A DNA stretch of 64,000 bases from an uncultured virus (IMG/VR IMGVR_UViG_3300020577_008970) (taxonomy: Duplodnaviria; Heunggongvirae; Uroviricota; Caudoviricetes): IMG/VR virus record IMGVR_UViG_3300020577_008970. One strand, 5' to 3'. Positions within the stretch are counted from its first letter, which is position 1. Every line of letters begins with the position of its first letter. The notes under the pieces are model-generated. The model saw only the letters and a program-made list of their open reading frames with translations, searched no databases and was not told where the DNA came from. Made by a program: the position numbers and the translations under genes. Below are positions 46,875 through 56,391 of the stretch, one piece after another.

Positions 46875-47859
46875 TTGCTTTATTCAATCCCTCATCAAGT
46901 GATACTTTTGGCGACCATCCAAGCACACGCTTAGCTAAGCTAAGATCCGGACAACGCTGCATCGGATCATCTGCTGGTTTCGGCATGTATGTAATCTTAT
47001 TCGATGATAGATCGAATTTCTTCAGCACATTTATAGCCAACTCATTGATTGTGAATTCGCGATTATTTCCAAGATTTACTGGACCATGAAAATCTCTTTG
47101 TGAATTCATCAATGCAATAAAACCATCAATCAAATCATCAACATAACAAAAACTTCTCGTTTGCTCACCAGTACCGTACAGTGTAATATTTTCACCCTTG
47201 AGAGCTTGAACTATCACATTTGATATTACTCTGCCATCATATGGATCCATTCTGGGACCGTATGTGTTAAAGATTCTCGCAACTTTCGCATTGAGATTGT
47301 TAACTCTGACATTATCAAAGATTAGTGTCTCTGCTGCACGTTTACCTTCATCATAGCAAGATCGAATTCCAATTGGATTGACATTGCCGTTATAGCTTTC
47401 ATTTTGGATGGAACAATTCGGATCACCGTACACTTCGCTTGTCGAAGCCTGAATTAGCATTGCATTATGATCGAGAGCAATATCGATCAAATTTTTCGTG
47501 CCCATCACACTCGTCATAAACGTTTGGATTGGATCTGCTTGATACTTTGGCGGAGATGCAGGACAAGCGAAGTTAAAGATCACATCTGCTGTTGGCGGAT
47601 CTTTTGGTTCTTGATTCGGTTCATACCCAGGTAAAGAGAAACTAAAGTCGATGCTATGTGTCAATCCAGTCATCTGGATATCTTGCCTAATAAAATAAAA
47701 TCGATCATCTGCATCGATATTTCTGAGATTTCGCAATCGACCTGTGCTAAGATTGTCTACACCTATTACGTAATGTCCTAACGACAATAGCCTTTCGACA
47801 AGATGTGAACCCAAAAAACCAGCAGCTCCGCAGACGACTATTCGCATCTTAGATCTCAC
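46840..47859 (-). CDS. UDP-glucuronate decarboxylase (UDP-xylose synthase) family
   Basis: GAAGFLGS, ACPASP..YQ, ASTSEVYGDP, GNVNPIG.RSCYDEGKR, RIFNTYGP, DDP..R.PD. Confidence 0.93.
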   Translation of the reverse strand: MRSKMRIVVCGAAGFLGSHLVERLLSLGHYVIGVDNLSTGRLRNLRNIDADDRFYFIRQDIQMTGLTHSIDFSFSLPGYEPNQEPKDPPTADVIFNFACPASPPKYQADPIQTFMTSVMGTKNLIDIALDHNAMLIQASTSEVYGDPNCSIQNESYNGNVNPIGIRSCYDEGKRAAETLIFDNVRVNNLNAKVARIFNTYGPRMDPYDGRVISNVIVQALKGENITLYGTGEQTRSFCYVDDLIDGFIALMNSQRDFHGPVNLGNNREFTINELAINVLKKFDLSSNKITYMPKPADDPMQRCPDLSLAKRVLGWSPKVSLDEGLNKAIAYFAEEIKHV

Positions 47860-47907
47860 CCTAAAAGTTGTTTTGGAAACTTATTCTAAAAGTAGTGATG
47901 TGTACAG

Positions 47908-48450
47908 CTATTGTGAACAGCGCTGTTTCAAAAGATATACGCTGCCTTCATGAGAATCGCATAGATCAGCGATAAGATTGTCAACGCCTTTTGTAAGCAA
48001 ATTCTTTTGCTCCAAATTCGTCGAGAGATACTTCAAAGCACTTAGCAGATTTCGTTCTGCATTCAACGATCGTGCAGCTAAGTCTGTCGGGTTAGGAATC
48101 CCTGGCCTTACGAAGTAAATTGCTTTAATGATCGAATCAACGCAACTTGACATCGTGATAGGTGTTACAAGTTCTGAACAACCCAGCCCGACGGCTTTTT
48201 CAGCAACACGATCAACATCACCATTTGAACTATCATACAATCGCTGATATAGAAGATGATCTCCATAAAATGGATCTGCTGAAGCTTGCCAATGATGTGC
48301 TTGATGAATTGCTGCGACAGCTTTCAACCAACATCCTGCAACGACTAGTTCTGCATACGGCATATTATCATATGCCATAACCATGTTCGAACAAAGCATT
48401 TCACAATTGAATTGACTATCTACGACTGTCGTGACTGATAATTTCATCAT
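47908..48450 (-). CDS. Dps/ferritin-like protein
   Basis: HWQ...FYGDHLL..RLY...D..AE, HE..YLL. Confidence 0.8.
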   Translation of the reverse strand: MMKLSVTTVVDSQFNCEMLCSNMVMAYDNMPYAELVVAGCWLKAVAAIHQAHHWQASADPFYGDHLLYQRLYDSSNGDVDRVAEKAVGLGCSELVTPITMSSCVDSIIKAIYFVRPGIPNPTDLAARSLNAERNLLSALKYLSTNLEQKNLLTKGVDNLIADLCDSHEGSVYLLKQRCSQ

Positions 48451-48737
48451 TACTTCTTTTTCTTTTGTACGTCTACTTCTGGAGTCGCGACTAACGAAAC
48501 ATATTGCAATGCAGCATCATACAGCTTTTCTTTATCAATTTTCTTGTGATTTACTTTGCTTTGCAATGCAACATATCGATCAACAATTGCAGTCACGTCT
48601 TGATCTAGCTTCGGTCCACCAAATCGTGTGAATAACTCTCGAGCAATCACATCATACTGGAAATCATCGAGCAAATCATCTTCAGATTTTACTTCGTTAA
48701 TATATGTCCGCAAAAGTTTCTTTAGTTCAGAACTCAT
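48450..48737 (-). CDS. Hypothetical protein
   Basis: Start reassigned to MSSELKKLLRTYINE, 6 nt after ATATTTA. Confidence 0.6.
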   Translation of the reverse strand: MSSELKKLLRTYINEVKSEDDLLDDFQYDVIARELFTRFGGPKLDQDVTAIVDRYVALQSKVNHKKIDKEKLYDAALQYVSLVATPEVDVQKKKK

Positions 48738-48753
48738 CACTTTTAAATATCGA

Positions 48754-49044
48754 TCACTTGATCGTCTTTCCTGGAAGTTCACTCGGCAGCAATTTCATCG
48801 CCTTCATGTACTTTCTAATTTGATCTCTGACATCTTTTTCAACGTAAACACCATCTAAACCTAACATCAAATCTTCATCATCAGAGTGAATCGTATCATC
48901 CGGGATAGTATCATCTTGTTGTGTTTTGGCAGCAGTGCTTGCTTGCGTCAATGTGCCGCGAGCTTTGACGATATTTCCTGACGGTTCTCCCCAATATTCT
49001 AGCAAGTATTGGTTCAATAATAGTTTAAGACGATCGATTTTCAT
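48754..49044 (-). CDS. Hypothetical protein
   Basis: Start reassigned to MKIDRLKLLLNQYLLE, 6 nt after ATATTTA. Confidence 0.6.
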   Translation of the reverse strand: MKIDRLKLLLNQYLLEYWGEPSGNIVKARGTLTQASTAAKTQQDDTIPDDTIHSDDEDLMLGLDGVYVEKDVRDQIRKYMKAMKLLPSELPGKTIK

Positions 49045-49049
49045 CTTTG

Positions 49050-49715
49050 CTAAATATCGCGAACGTAAAAATTCCAATCAGGATGCCATTCATACTGATC
49101 TCTCTTGGATGTATGAAAATCATGAATATTGCAAGATGTTGGCTCGATTGGCTGTTTCAGCAATTTCATTCCAGACTTTTCGAGTGACTGGCCACCTTTA
49201 TAACGATTGCACATTCTGCACGCAGTCACACAATTCGACCAACTTGTTCTACCGCCAGCACATTTTGGGACAACATGGTCGATTGTAGCTTCATTAAACG
49301 TAAGCTTTTTATGACAATACTGACATGTTAGCTTATCTCTGGCAAACATTACCATCCGGCTGAATCGCTGAATTCGAATGCTTGTGGCACTCCAGTCATT
49401 CAATCGAATAACAGCTGGATAATTTTCCAGACGAAATGCAGGATGTATTGGAACATTTTCCCATGTTGACAATATTTCTACACGATCTCTACATAGTAAC
49501 GATGCCAATCTCTTATGCTCTATAAATCTAAGAGGCTTATACGAAGCGTCGACTAGTAGTGAATATCGCATCTTAAGAATATCTAATGTGTTTTGCTTAC
49601 TACTTTCGACAAGATTTGCATATTGTTTTGATCCATCGATTTTCGCATATGCTTTCGACCGATTCTTCTGTTCCGCAGACTTCGCAAATTTGATATGATC
49701 TTTTTTCGGCATCAC
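49050..49715 (-). CDS. HNH endonuclease (start probably near 49571)
   Basis: RD..TCQYC, TIDHVVP...GG..SW.N.VTAC..CN..K. Confidence 0.92.
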   Translation of the reverse strand: MMPKKDHIKFAKSAEQKNRSKAYAKIDGSKQYANLVESSKQNTLDILKMRYSLLVDASYKPLRFIEHKRLASLLCRDRVEILSTWENVPIHPAFRLENYPAVIRLNDWSATSIRIQRFSRMVMFARDKLTCQYCHKKLTFNEATIDHVVPKCAGGRTSWSNCVTACRMCNRYKGGQSLEKSGMKLLKQPIEPTSCNIHDFHTSKRDQYEWHPDWNFYVRDI

Positions 49716-50010
49716 GAACTACATTCCAGATTTTTGTTGCTAGCACTTCACGATCGTCGCTTGGAAGCTCTTCATCGTAGAGTTGATAGTACATTCTAAG
49801 TCCGCCAAATTTTTCTTTCAAAGTTACGATTTGTAATGTGGCACTATCGATGTCTTTAAGAATTCTGTCTAGTTCTGCAACCGTCGCACGAATCAAATCG
49901 TACCAACCGAAATCACACTCAACATATATGAATTCGTCAAAATATTTTTTGTAATCATTATACAAATCAGAATATATGCCTGGAAATCCGCCGGAACGAT
50001 CATCATTCAT
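49600..50010 (-). CDS. Conserved phage hypothetical protein
   Basis: GW..LI, KEKFGGLR.Y, ICEVCG, W..T.C..C. Confidence 0.75.
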   Translation of the reverse strand: MNDDRSGGFPGIYSDLYNDYKKYFDEFIYVECDFGWYDLIRATVAELDRILKDIDSATLQIVTLKEKFGGLRMYYQLYDEELPSDDREVLATKIWNVVRDAEKRSYQICEVCGTEESVESICENRWIKTICKSCRK

Positions 50011-53000
50011 GACAACCTCTTCATTCTAAAATACTTAGTCGAAAATCCGAAGTCATTCCGCTCGATCTCAGCAAGATATGCATGATTGATATCTAAGCTC
50101 ACATCTGCTGGTGCACCCCAGGCCATTACACGGTGTTGCTTCCCTGTCGAATCAAGCGCAGTCAATGTAAGATACGGCTTATTGTTCTTGGTCAATTTCT
50201 TCGTATAATCTGCCAACACAAACCAGCCAAGTGCTTTACCTTTTCCAATTTCACCAATAGACGTCACGCCTTTATTGTTCAAATACTGTTGCGTATCATT
50301 ATCAAGAACCATCGACACGTCAATATCACCGACAATTTCTTTTCTAAAATTCAACAACTCTACCATGGTCCATTCTTCCATATCAGCTGTCTCTTTGATC
50401 AGCTCACGAAGAATTTCTTTTCCGTGACGTTTTTTAAGTTGGTCCCAATTTTCAACAATACATACACACATTTGCTTATACGATCCAAATGGACTTGGAC
50501 AATCTTTATTGACCAACTTCATGCTTTCGAAAGCGCCGATCTTAATCAAATGTTCAAGAGCTCTTTTGTTAAGCTTTGAATGTTTCCATAGTCCTGAATT
50601 TGCCCACAATAACTCGTCGACATTTCTATAAGGTCGATTCTTCAATATCTCTGCAATGCCTGTATCACCAATACCCTTAGCGGTCTTGAATGATGGCACA
50701 AACTTTTTATTGTCTGACGAGATATTCCATCTGAATCCAGACTCGTTAATGTCAATCTTACCGATGTCATACCCAAATGACTTAATCTCAGATATGGCTT
50801 GACCTCTGTCATCTGCGTTACCAATCATCGATTCAATATATGCACACAACCATTCCTGCTCATAATATGTCATAAGCCATGCTGTTTGATATGAGCAAAA
50901 TGCGTATGCTACGGCATGTGATGCATTGAATGCATACGATGCAAAAGCTTTCATTACCTCATATAGAGCAATCGCTTTATCCTTTGGGTACCCATTTTGT
51001 ACAGCACCGGTAATGAACATCTCTTGCAAGACTTCTGTTTCTGTTTTCTGACTTGACTGTCCGGACACAGATCGCTTCACAATCGCTTTACGTAACCTAT
51101 CGCAGTCGTCGAGATTCATTCCGGCCAATTCGTGTGCCAATGACATCATCGACTCTTGAAAGATAACGAATCCCAGCGTTGGCTTTAGAACTTTCTCGAT
51201 CGCAGGATGGTCATATATGACACTCGAAGGGTCTTTCTTTGCCTCGATGTATTTCCTATCGACATCTGCAGCAAGAGGTCCTGGACGATAAATGGCAGTC
51301 GCGATCGCTAGATCGTATACACATCGTGGATCAAATTTCGTAATAAACTTTTGTGTGCTCTTCTGTGTGAATTGGAATATCCCGGCGAAGCGTTCCCCTC
51401 TAAACACATGATCAAATACTTTTTCATCTCGTTCATCAATTACGTCCGGACTCAAGTGTGCATCATACCACTTACTAATGTCTGACCATTCTGGATTTTC
51501 AATCTTATTTTCACGTATCAAGATCAGTTCGATCGTACGCTGAATCATTCGTAGCGTTTCTAATCCAAGACAATCATACTTGATCTCGCCATATTTCTCA
51601 AGATGCTTATAATGCATGCCTTCTGTCCAAGGTGTCTGCACTTCGCCGCGAGATGCAATAAGCGGCATATGTGCTTCAGCATTTTCAGTAACCAGCACAC
51701 CACCAGCGTGGCGTGACACAGCTTTATTCTGCTTGTAAAGAACTTTGATGCTTGAACCTACGTGGGGATACTTTTCAATAAAGTTTCTGAATCTCTCGGA
51801 GTACTTGTAACAATCATCATACTTTAGTTGGAATAGGCTCTTATTCTCGCCCTCTGCAATCGCGAACGGCTTTACATCCGACTCTAATTGCCGAGTCATA
51901 TCATTTACTTCGTCGAACGGAATGTCATATAGTCGTGATATGTCTTTGATTAGAGACTTAAGCTGCAACGTATTGAAATTTGTGATTGGGATCACATTCT
52001 CTGCGCCAAACTTCTCTCGCATACCATCAAGCAATAGATCACGATCTGCCAAGTCGTTATCGATATCGGGATAGTCCTTACGTGACATCGAGATGAACCG
52101 CTCAAAAATGAGGTTATACTTCAAAGGATCCAATTGCGTGATCCCCAGCACGTAACAGACCAACGACCCGCCGGCGGATCCGCGACCTACTCCGGTGAGC
52201 TGTTGATCATGCGCAATATCGATAATTGCCTTCATGGTAAGGAAGTATTGCGCGAAGTCTTTGTCGCGAATAATAGACAGTTCGAACTTCATTCGCTCAA
52301 GATACTGTCGATTCTTATGCAGCTTCTTTTTCTTCAGACCTTCTTTACAATATTCGATCAACGCTTCCATAGCTGTCATGCCTGGCGGTATCACGAATGA
52401 TGGAAGCTTCATGGAAATATCGGGCTGCACATTTCCAATTACATCATGAGCAATATGCCACGAATTTTCGATCGATTCAGAGATCAAATTATCATCATAA
52501 AAATCGTATGGAGCGCAATAATCTTTGTATGAAGACCACATCTGCTCAGCATTCTTCGGGTATAGTTCACACTTCAGTGTTGATATATCTTTTGGCAGCA
52601 AGTCTGGATTGATTTGATCATAGTTCAATCGACCAAGCTTCTTGTAAATTTCACGTTCTTTCCAAAGTTCAGGTCTGCAATAGTGAGAATCACATGTCGA
52701 AACTAACTTTATCCCTGACTTTTTGTGATATTCAATCAACACACGATTTACAACATGCTGAGGTGCCAATCGATTGAACTGCAGTTCAGCATATACATTC
52801 TCGCTACCCACAGCATCTGCAATTGGATCGTGCATGTTCCCAATATTCGTCAATGCACGTTGCATCGTTGCAACATCGTCTAATAGATCAGCTGTGATGT
52901 CATCAAAAGCTTTATTCCGAAATTCACTTAATGTTGCATATGAAAAACTTCCGCCCAGACATGCCGAAAGTACAACAACATCTTCACCACATTCTTTCAA

Positions 53001-53522
53001 CATCTTTTGGTCGATGCGAGGAAACTTATAAAAATTCCCTTCATGGTGAGAACGAGACACAAGTCTGAATATATTCTGAAGTCCTTTCTGCGACTTCGGA
53101 AGCAAAACCATGTGATGTCGTCGATTGAGCGGGTTATTCCACTTAGAAATATCCTTTGTAGCTTCTTCGTTCTCAGATGAAGAATCATCTTCTTGCTCAA
53201 ATTCTACTTCTGATTTTTTCTGCCGAATTTGCTTTTTCTTCTCTTCATGATCAAACTTTGCTTGGCGCCATTCTGCAAGATCTGGATGATAATATGCTTC
53301 GACGCCTGGCAGAAACTTGAACTTGTTTCCGCTCTTATTCAGATCTTTTTCTTTCTGATGTGCATGAGGATACCCATTCATGTTTCCATGATCTGTGAGT
53401 GCCCAAGCATCCATCCCATTTTCAACAACATAATCGATATGCTCTGTCGGGTTCGACAATCCATCGAAAATAGAAAATCCAGAATGAGCATGCAACCCAA
53501 CGAACTTCTTCGGAACAGTCAT
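50007..53522 (-). CDS. dnaE: DNA polymerase III alpha subunit
   Basis: PHP HAHS/TDHG, GRGSAGGSL, PDIDND, HAGG, FNASHA. Confidence 0.97.
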   Translation of the reverse strand: MTVPKKFVGLHAHSGFSIFDGLSNPTEHIDYVVENGMDAWALTDHGNMNGYPHAHQKEKDLNKSGNKFKFLPGVEAYYHPDLAEWRQAKFDHEEKKKQIRQKKSEVEFEQEDDSSSENEEATKDISKWNNPLNRRHHMVLLPKSQKGLQNIFRLVSRSHHEGNFYKFPRIDQKMLKECGEDVVVLSACLGGSFSYATLSEFRNKAFDDITADLLDDVATMQRALTNIGNMHDPIADAVGSENVYAELQFNRLAPQHVVNRVLIEYHKKSGIKLVSTCDSHYCRPELWKEREIYKKLGRLNYDQINPDLLPKDISTLKCELYPKNAEQMWSSYKDYCAPYDFYDDNLISESIENSWHIAHDVIGNVQPDISMKLPSFVIPPGMTAMEALIEYCKEGLKKKKLHKNRQYLERMKFELSIIRDKDFAQYFLTMKAIIDIAHDQQLTGVGRGSAGGSLVCYVLGITQLDPLKYNLIFERFISMSRKDYPDIDNDLADRDLLLDGMREKFGAENVIPITNFNTLQLKSLIKDISRLYDIPFDEVNDMTRQLESDVKPFAIAEGENKSLFQLKYDDCYKYSERFRNFIEKYPHVGSSIKVLYKQNKAVSRHAGGVLVTENAEAHMPLIASRGEVQTPWTEGMHYKHLEKYGEIKYDCLGLETLRMIQRTIELILIRENKIENPEWSDISKWYDAHLSPDVIDERDEKVFDHVFRGERFAGIFQFTQKSTQKFITKFDPRCVYDLAIATAIYRPGPLAADVDRKYIEAKKDPSSVIYDHPAIEKVLKPTLGFVIFQESMMSLAHELAGMNLDDCDRLRKAIVKRSVSGQSSQKTETEVLQEMFITGAVQNGYPKDKAIALYEVMKAFASYAFNASHAVAYAFCSYQTAWLMTYYEQEWLCAYIESMIGNADDRGQAISEIKSFGYDIGKIDINESGFRWNISSDNKKFVPSFKTAKGIGDTGIAEILKNRPYRNVDELLWANSGLWKHSKLNKRALEHLIKIGAFESMKLVNKDCPSPFGSYKQMCVCIVENWDQLKKRHGKEILRELIKETADMEEWTMVELLNFRKEIVGDIDVSMVLDNDTQQYLNNKGVTSIGEIGKGKALGWFVLADYTKKLTKNNKPYLTLTALDSTGKQHRVMAWGAPADVSLDINHAYLAEIERNDFGFSTKYFRMKRLS

Positions 53523-53559
53523 ACTACCAACTTATCATCTTTTAATGCGATCCTACACG

Positions 53560-54135
53560 CTAAGCTTTCACAGAAGAAAGTAATTTAATTTTCGAAATTA
53601 AATCGCTCCATGATATGACACGCTCTACACACGCGGGTAATACTACATCCTTATTGTGATGACAACTCCACAAGTAAGCTATACCATCTGGATTCGCTTT
53701 CTTCCAATCAATCACATTTTGTGATGAATCGTCGATAAGAACATCACCAGAAATTACATCTTTTCTCGTTGCAAATATAACATGATCGAAATCGATTGCC
53801 GAAAAATTTTGTATCAACCAGCCCATCCGTTCTGGCATCCAGAATGCTGAGCCTTTAAGCGGAGCTGTGACAACAAAAACTTCACCAAGCTGCAACAAAT
53901 GATCGACACCATCCAATGATGGGTAAAACCTTGCTAAATTTGCACAAAAATTCTTTTCTTGAATCTTGTTCTTAACGATTGCTTGTTGCATTCGCGATAA
54001 CTTTAGAGCTTTGAAGATATCCCAGTCATCAATATCGTTCACTACATACGACGTTTTAAATTCAGAATTGATTACCTTCAAGATTCCATTTGCAAAATCG
54101 CAAAGAACCCCATCACAATCTAGCAAAATTCGCAT
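53560..54135 (-). CDS. 5'(3')-deoxyribonucleotidase (HAD family)
   Basis: DCDGVL, VTAP, K...GDVLIDD. Confidence 0.9.
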   Translation of the reverse strand: MRILLDCDGVLCDFANGILKVINSEFKTSYVVNDIDDWDIFKALKLSRMQQAIVKNKIQEKNFCANLARFYPSLDGVDHLLQLGEVFVVTAPLKGSAFWMPERMGWLIQNFSAIDFDHVIFATRKDVISGDVLIDDSSQNVIDWKKANPDGIAYLWSCHHNKDVVLPACVERVISWSDLISKIKLLSSVKA

Positions 54136-54178
54136 TTGATTTTAAAAATACAAACACGATCGGCGAATGTTCATGATC

Positions 54179-55309
54179 TCAGCAATCGTCAACAATACAG
54201 TAAAACGTCGTTGTAGAGTATGATCCGCTATATGGGCAGTCGTGATCTAACTTGAGTGTGACTTGCATTTTGCTATGTGAATACAATACTTGTGCAGAAA
54301 TATAGTCCCAATCTAATAAGATCGTGTCTTTCTGCGTCCCACGCCAACCAGGACCGCCAAAGGCTTGATATTTTGGATATCCACGAAGAGATTCATTCAA
54401 ATAATCTAAAAATGTCTTATACACGACTGGATTACCAAGCGGGATCAATGTTCCAGCTGGGTATACGCCCAATAGCTGCGGGGCGAAATAAGCTACATCA
54501 CCATACGGCTGCACTGATACTGTATCTGTTATGATTATGTCTTCTGAGAACTGAACTTCCGCGTGAGAAATTGTCAGCGTCTTACCAGTAGCAGGCTTAA
54601 ACGTAAATGCACTCGATCCAGCATAATGATATGTTGCGGTAACAGCTGATCCCGTAAATTCTTCTTGCAAAACAGGATACACTCTTCCAAGCGAATAGTC
54701 GACTGTATAGTCTCCACCGGTACCGTAATGAGGATTCTGTTCTGTCAACGTTGTGCTATCTGCCTTAACAGATACACGATAACTACGATTGCTGGAATCT
54801 TTCAAGAAATCTTCGCCAGTTAACTTACCATGATATGTGTCGATGACATTAGCATGTGCTAACTGATAATATCCTGGCGAACCTGAGGTAAATGTTATCG
54901 ACTCTGTCAACACATATTGCGAACATTGATACCACGTTGTTGGATCACACCAGTTATGTGAATAGATATTTACCCGGGCATTTGTTGATTTTTCATTTGA
55001 AATTCTAGTTCGACCGTCCGGCGTTTTTTTTACAATCGCAGAGTTCGCAACTGTTTTGTAATTTAACTCAAAATCAATCAAGTCTAAATCATTTTGTTCT
55101 TGTGTTATTCCAGACGCAAGAATCGAATCAGGAATGGCAACCTTCCATATCGTTGTGATGTAAACTTCTGGTCCATCATACCCCCAAATCAAATATTTTT
55201 CTTCATCATCATCATCATATTGAATCGATAATGATTTTAATGTTGTAAGTGTTTTAAACCGACTCCATGTGCATGTTCTTTGGGTGTATTGCGGTGATAA
55301 TGTTATCAT
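54179..55309 (-). CDS. Putative virion protein, paralog of 15037..16206
   Basis: Shared motifs listed for 15037..16206. Confidence 0.75.
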   Translation of the reverse strand: MITLSPQYTQRTCTWSRFKTLTTLKSLSIQYDDDDEEKYLIWGYDGPEVYITTIWKVAIPDSILASGITQEQNDLDLIDFELNYKTVANSAIVKKTPDGRTRISNEKSTNARVNIYSHNWCDPTTWYQCSQYVLTESITFTSGSPGYYQLAHANVIDTYHGKLTGEDFLKDSSNRSYRVSVKADSTTLTEQNPHYGTGGDYTVDYSLGRVYPVLQEEFTGSAVTATYHYAGSSAFTFKPATGKTLTISHAEVQFSEDIIITDTVSVQPYGDVAYFAPQLLGVYPAGTLIPLGNPVVYKTFLDYLNESLRGYPKYQAFGGPGWRGTQKDTILLDWDYISAQVLYSHSKMQVTLKLDHDCPYSGSYSTTTFYCIVDDC

Positions 55310-55311
55310 GT

Positions 55312-56391
55312 TTATTCTTCGTAAAAATCGAATGATAATTGTGTAACATGCGACGATGTTGTTTCTGGCGCTGTGTATCCTAAAATTCTTGCAGGGCCGT
55401 TAACAGTTACCGCAGATCCGAATCCTCTGACTACAGTATTCGACGATCCTGCAGCTTTGATGAAATCTGTGACGACTAATTCTGGTGCATGTACACCGGC
55501 GTAGTATTTTACTAAATGACAAATACATCCAGGAGCTGTTGTAGACGAACTGCCTACGACTAGTGATGTAATTTTGCAAACTTTATTATTTGCTACATAA
55601 TGATGGCACCAAAACGTTTGATTATCACTTGCCGCAATCGTTCCGATTGCTCCTCCGCCTTTTGCAGTTGCTGCATAAAGTGTAATAATTCCTGCATTGA
55701 CAAGCCCAGATCCAACAGAGACAACATTCATTTGTTCTATAAAACAAATATTCGTATTGACTGTGTTGACACCAGTTGTACCGTTCAGTGTTAGCGTTTC
55801 ATAATATGGTCCGTTGTAATTTGAATCATAATATGTGATCTGTATTTGTCTAGCACCAGTCCCGGCTGCTGTATCATTGGCATTTGCAGATGCAATCGAG
55901 CGGCGCGCATTTGATGTTTGTTCTGTATACGCTGTTTTTCGAACGGCAACTTTTGTTGTTGCCGCAGTTGTAATACTTCCATTTACGAATCCAGACTCAG
56001 AATTCTGCGTATTTTGCGAATAATATGCAGGATTGATTACATCGATTGATGTTTCGCGTTCAAATATAGAAATATTAGAGCCAGAGAAGTAGGCGGGGCC
56101 AGTTACTGTCCACTCTACTAACATTGTCATACTGTTCAATAGTGTATTTGCAACAGTACCATATGACGCAGTCGTAATAAGCTGTGATGACTTTACTAAT
56201 CCAATTTTAGTCGACTCATCAAGCGGATCAACTTCAGACACAGCAAATTGTAATGTTACACCTGATGATGTTGACACAGGACCGGTGATGTTGTAAATTA
56301 AAATTACTTCTTGCGCACTACTTGCACGAAAAATATATGATCCGTTTGTACTTATTACACTATTGTCTAAGATAATTTCTGGTCTACTCAT
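55312..56391 (-). CDS. Putative virion protein; C-terminal domain homologous to the 5-copy array
   Basis: NANDTAAGTGARQIQITY.D, ETLTLNGTT.V.T..TNI, H.VANNK, V.GPA, YEE. Confidence 0.78.
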   Translation of the reverse strand: MSRPEIILDNSVISTNGSYIFRASSAQEVILIYNITGPVSTSSGVTLQFAVSEVDPLDESTKIGLVKSSQLITTASYGTVANTLLNSMTMLVEWTVTGPAYFSGSNISIFERETSIDVINPAYYSQNTQNSESGFVNGSITTAATTKVAVRKTAYTEQTSNARRSIASANANDTAAGTGARQIQITYYDSNYNGPYYETLTLNGTTGVNTVNTNICFIEQMNVVSVGSGLVNAGIITLYAATAKGGGAIGTIAASDNQTFWCHHYVANNKVCKITSLVVGSSSTTAPGCICHLVKYYAGVHAPELVVTDFIKAAGSSNTVVRGFGSAVTVNGPARILGYTAPETTSSHVTQLSFDFYEE

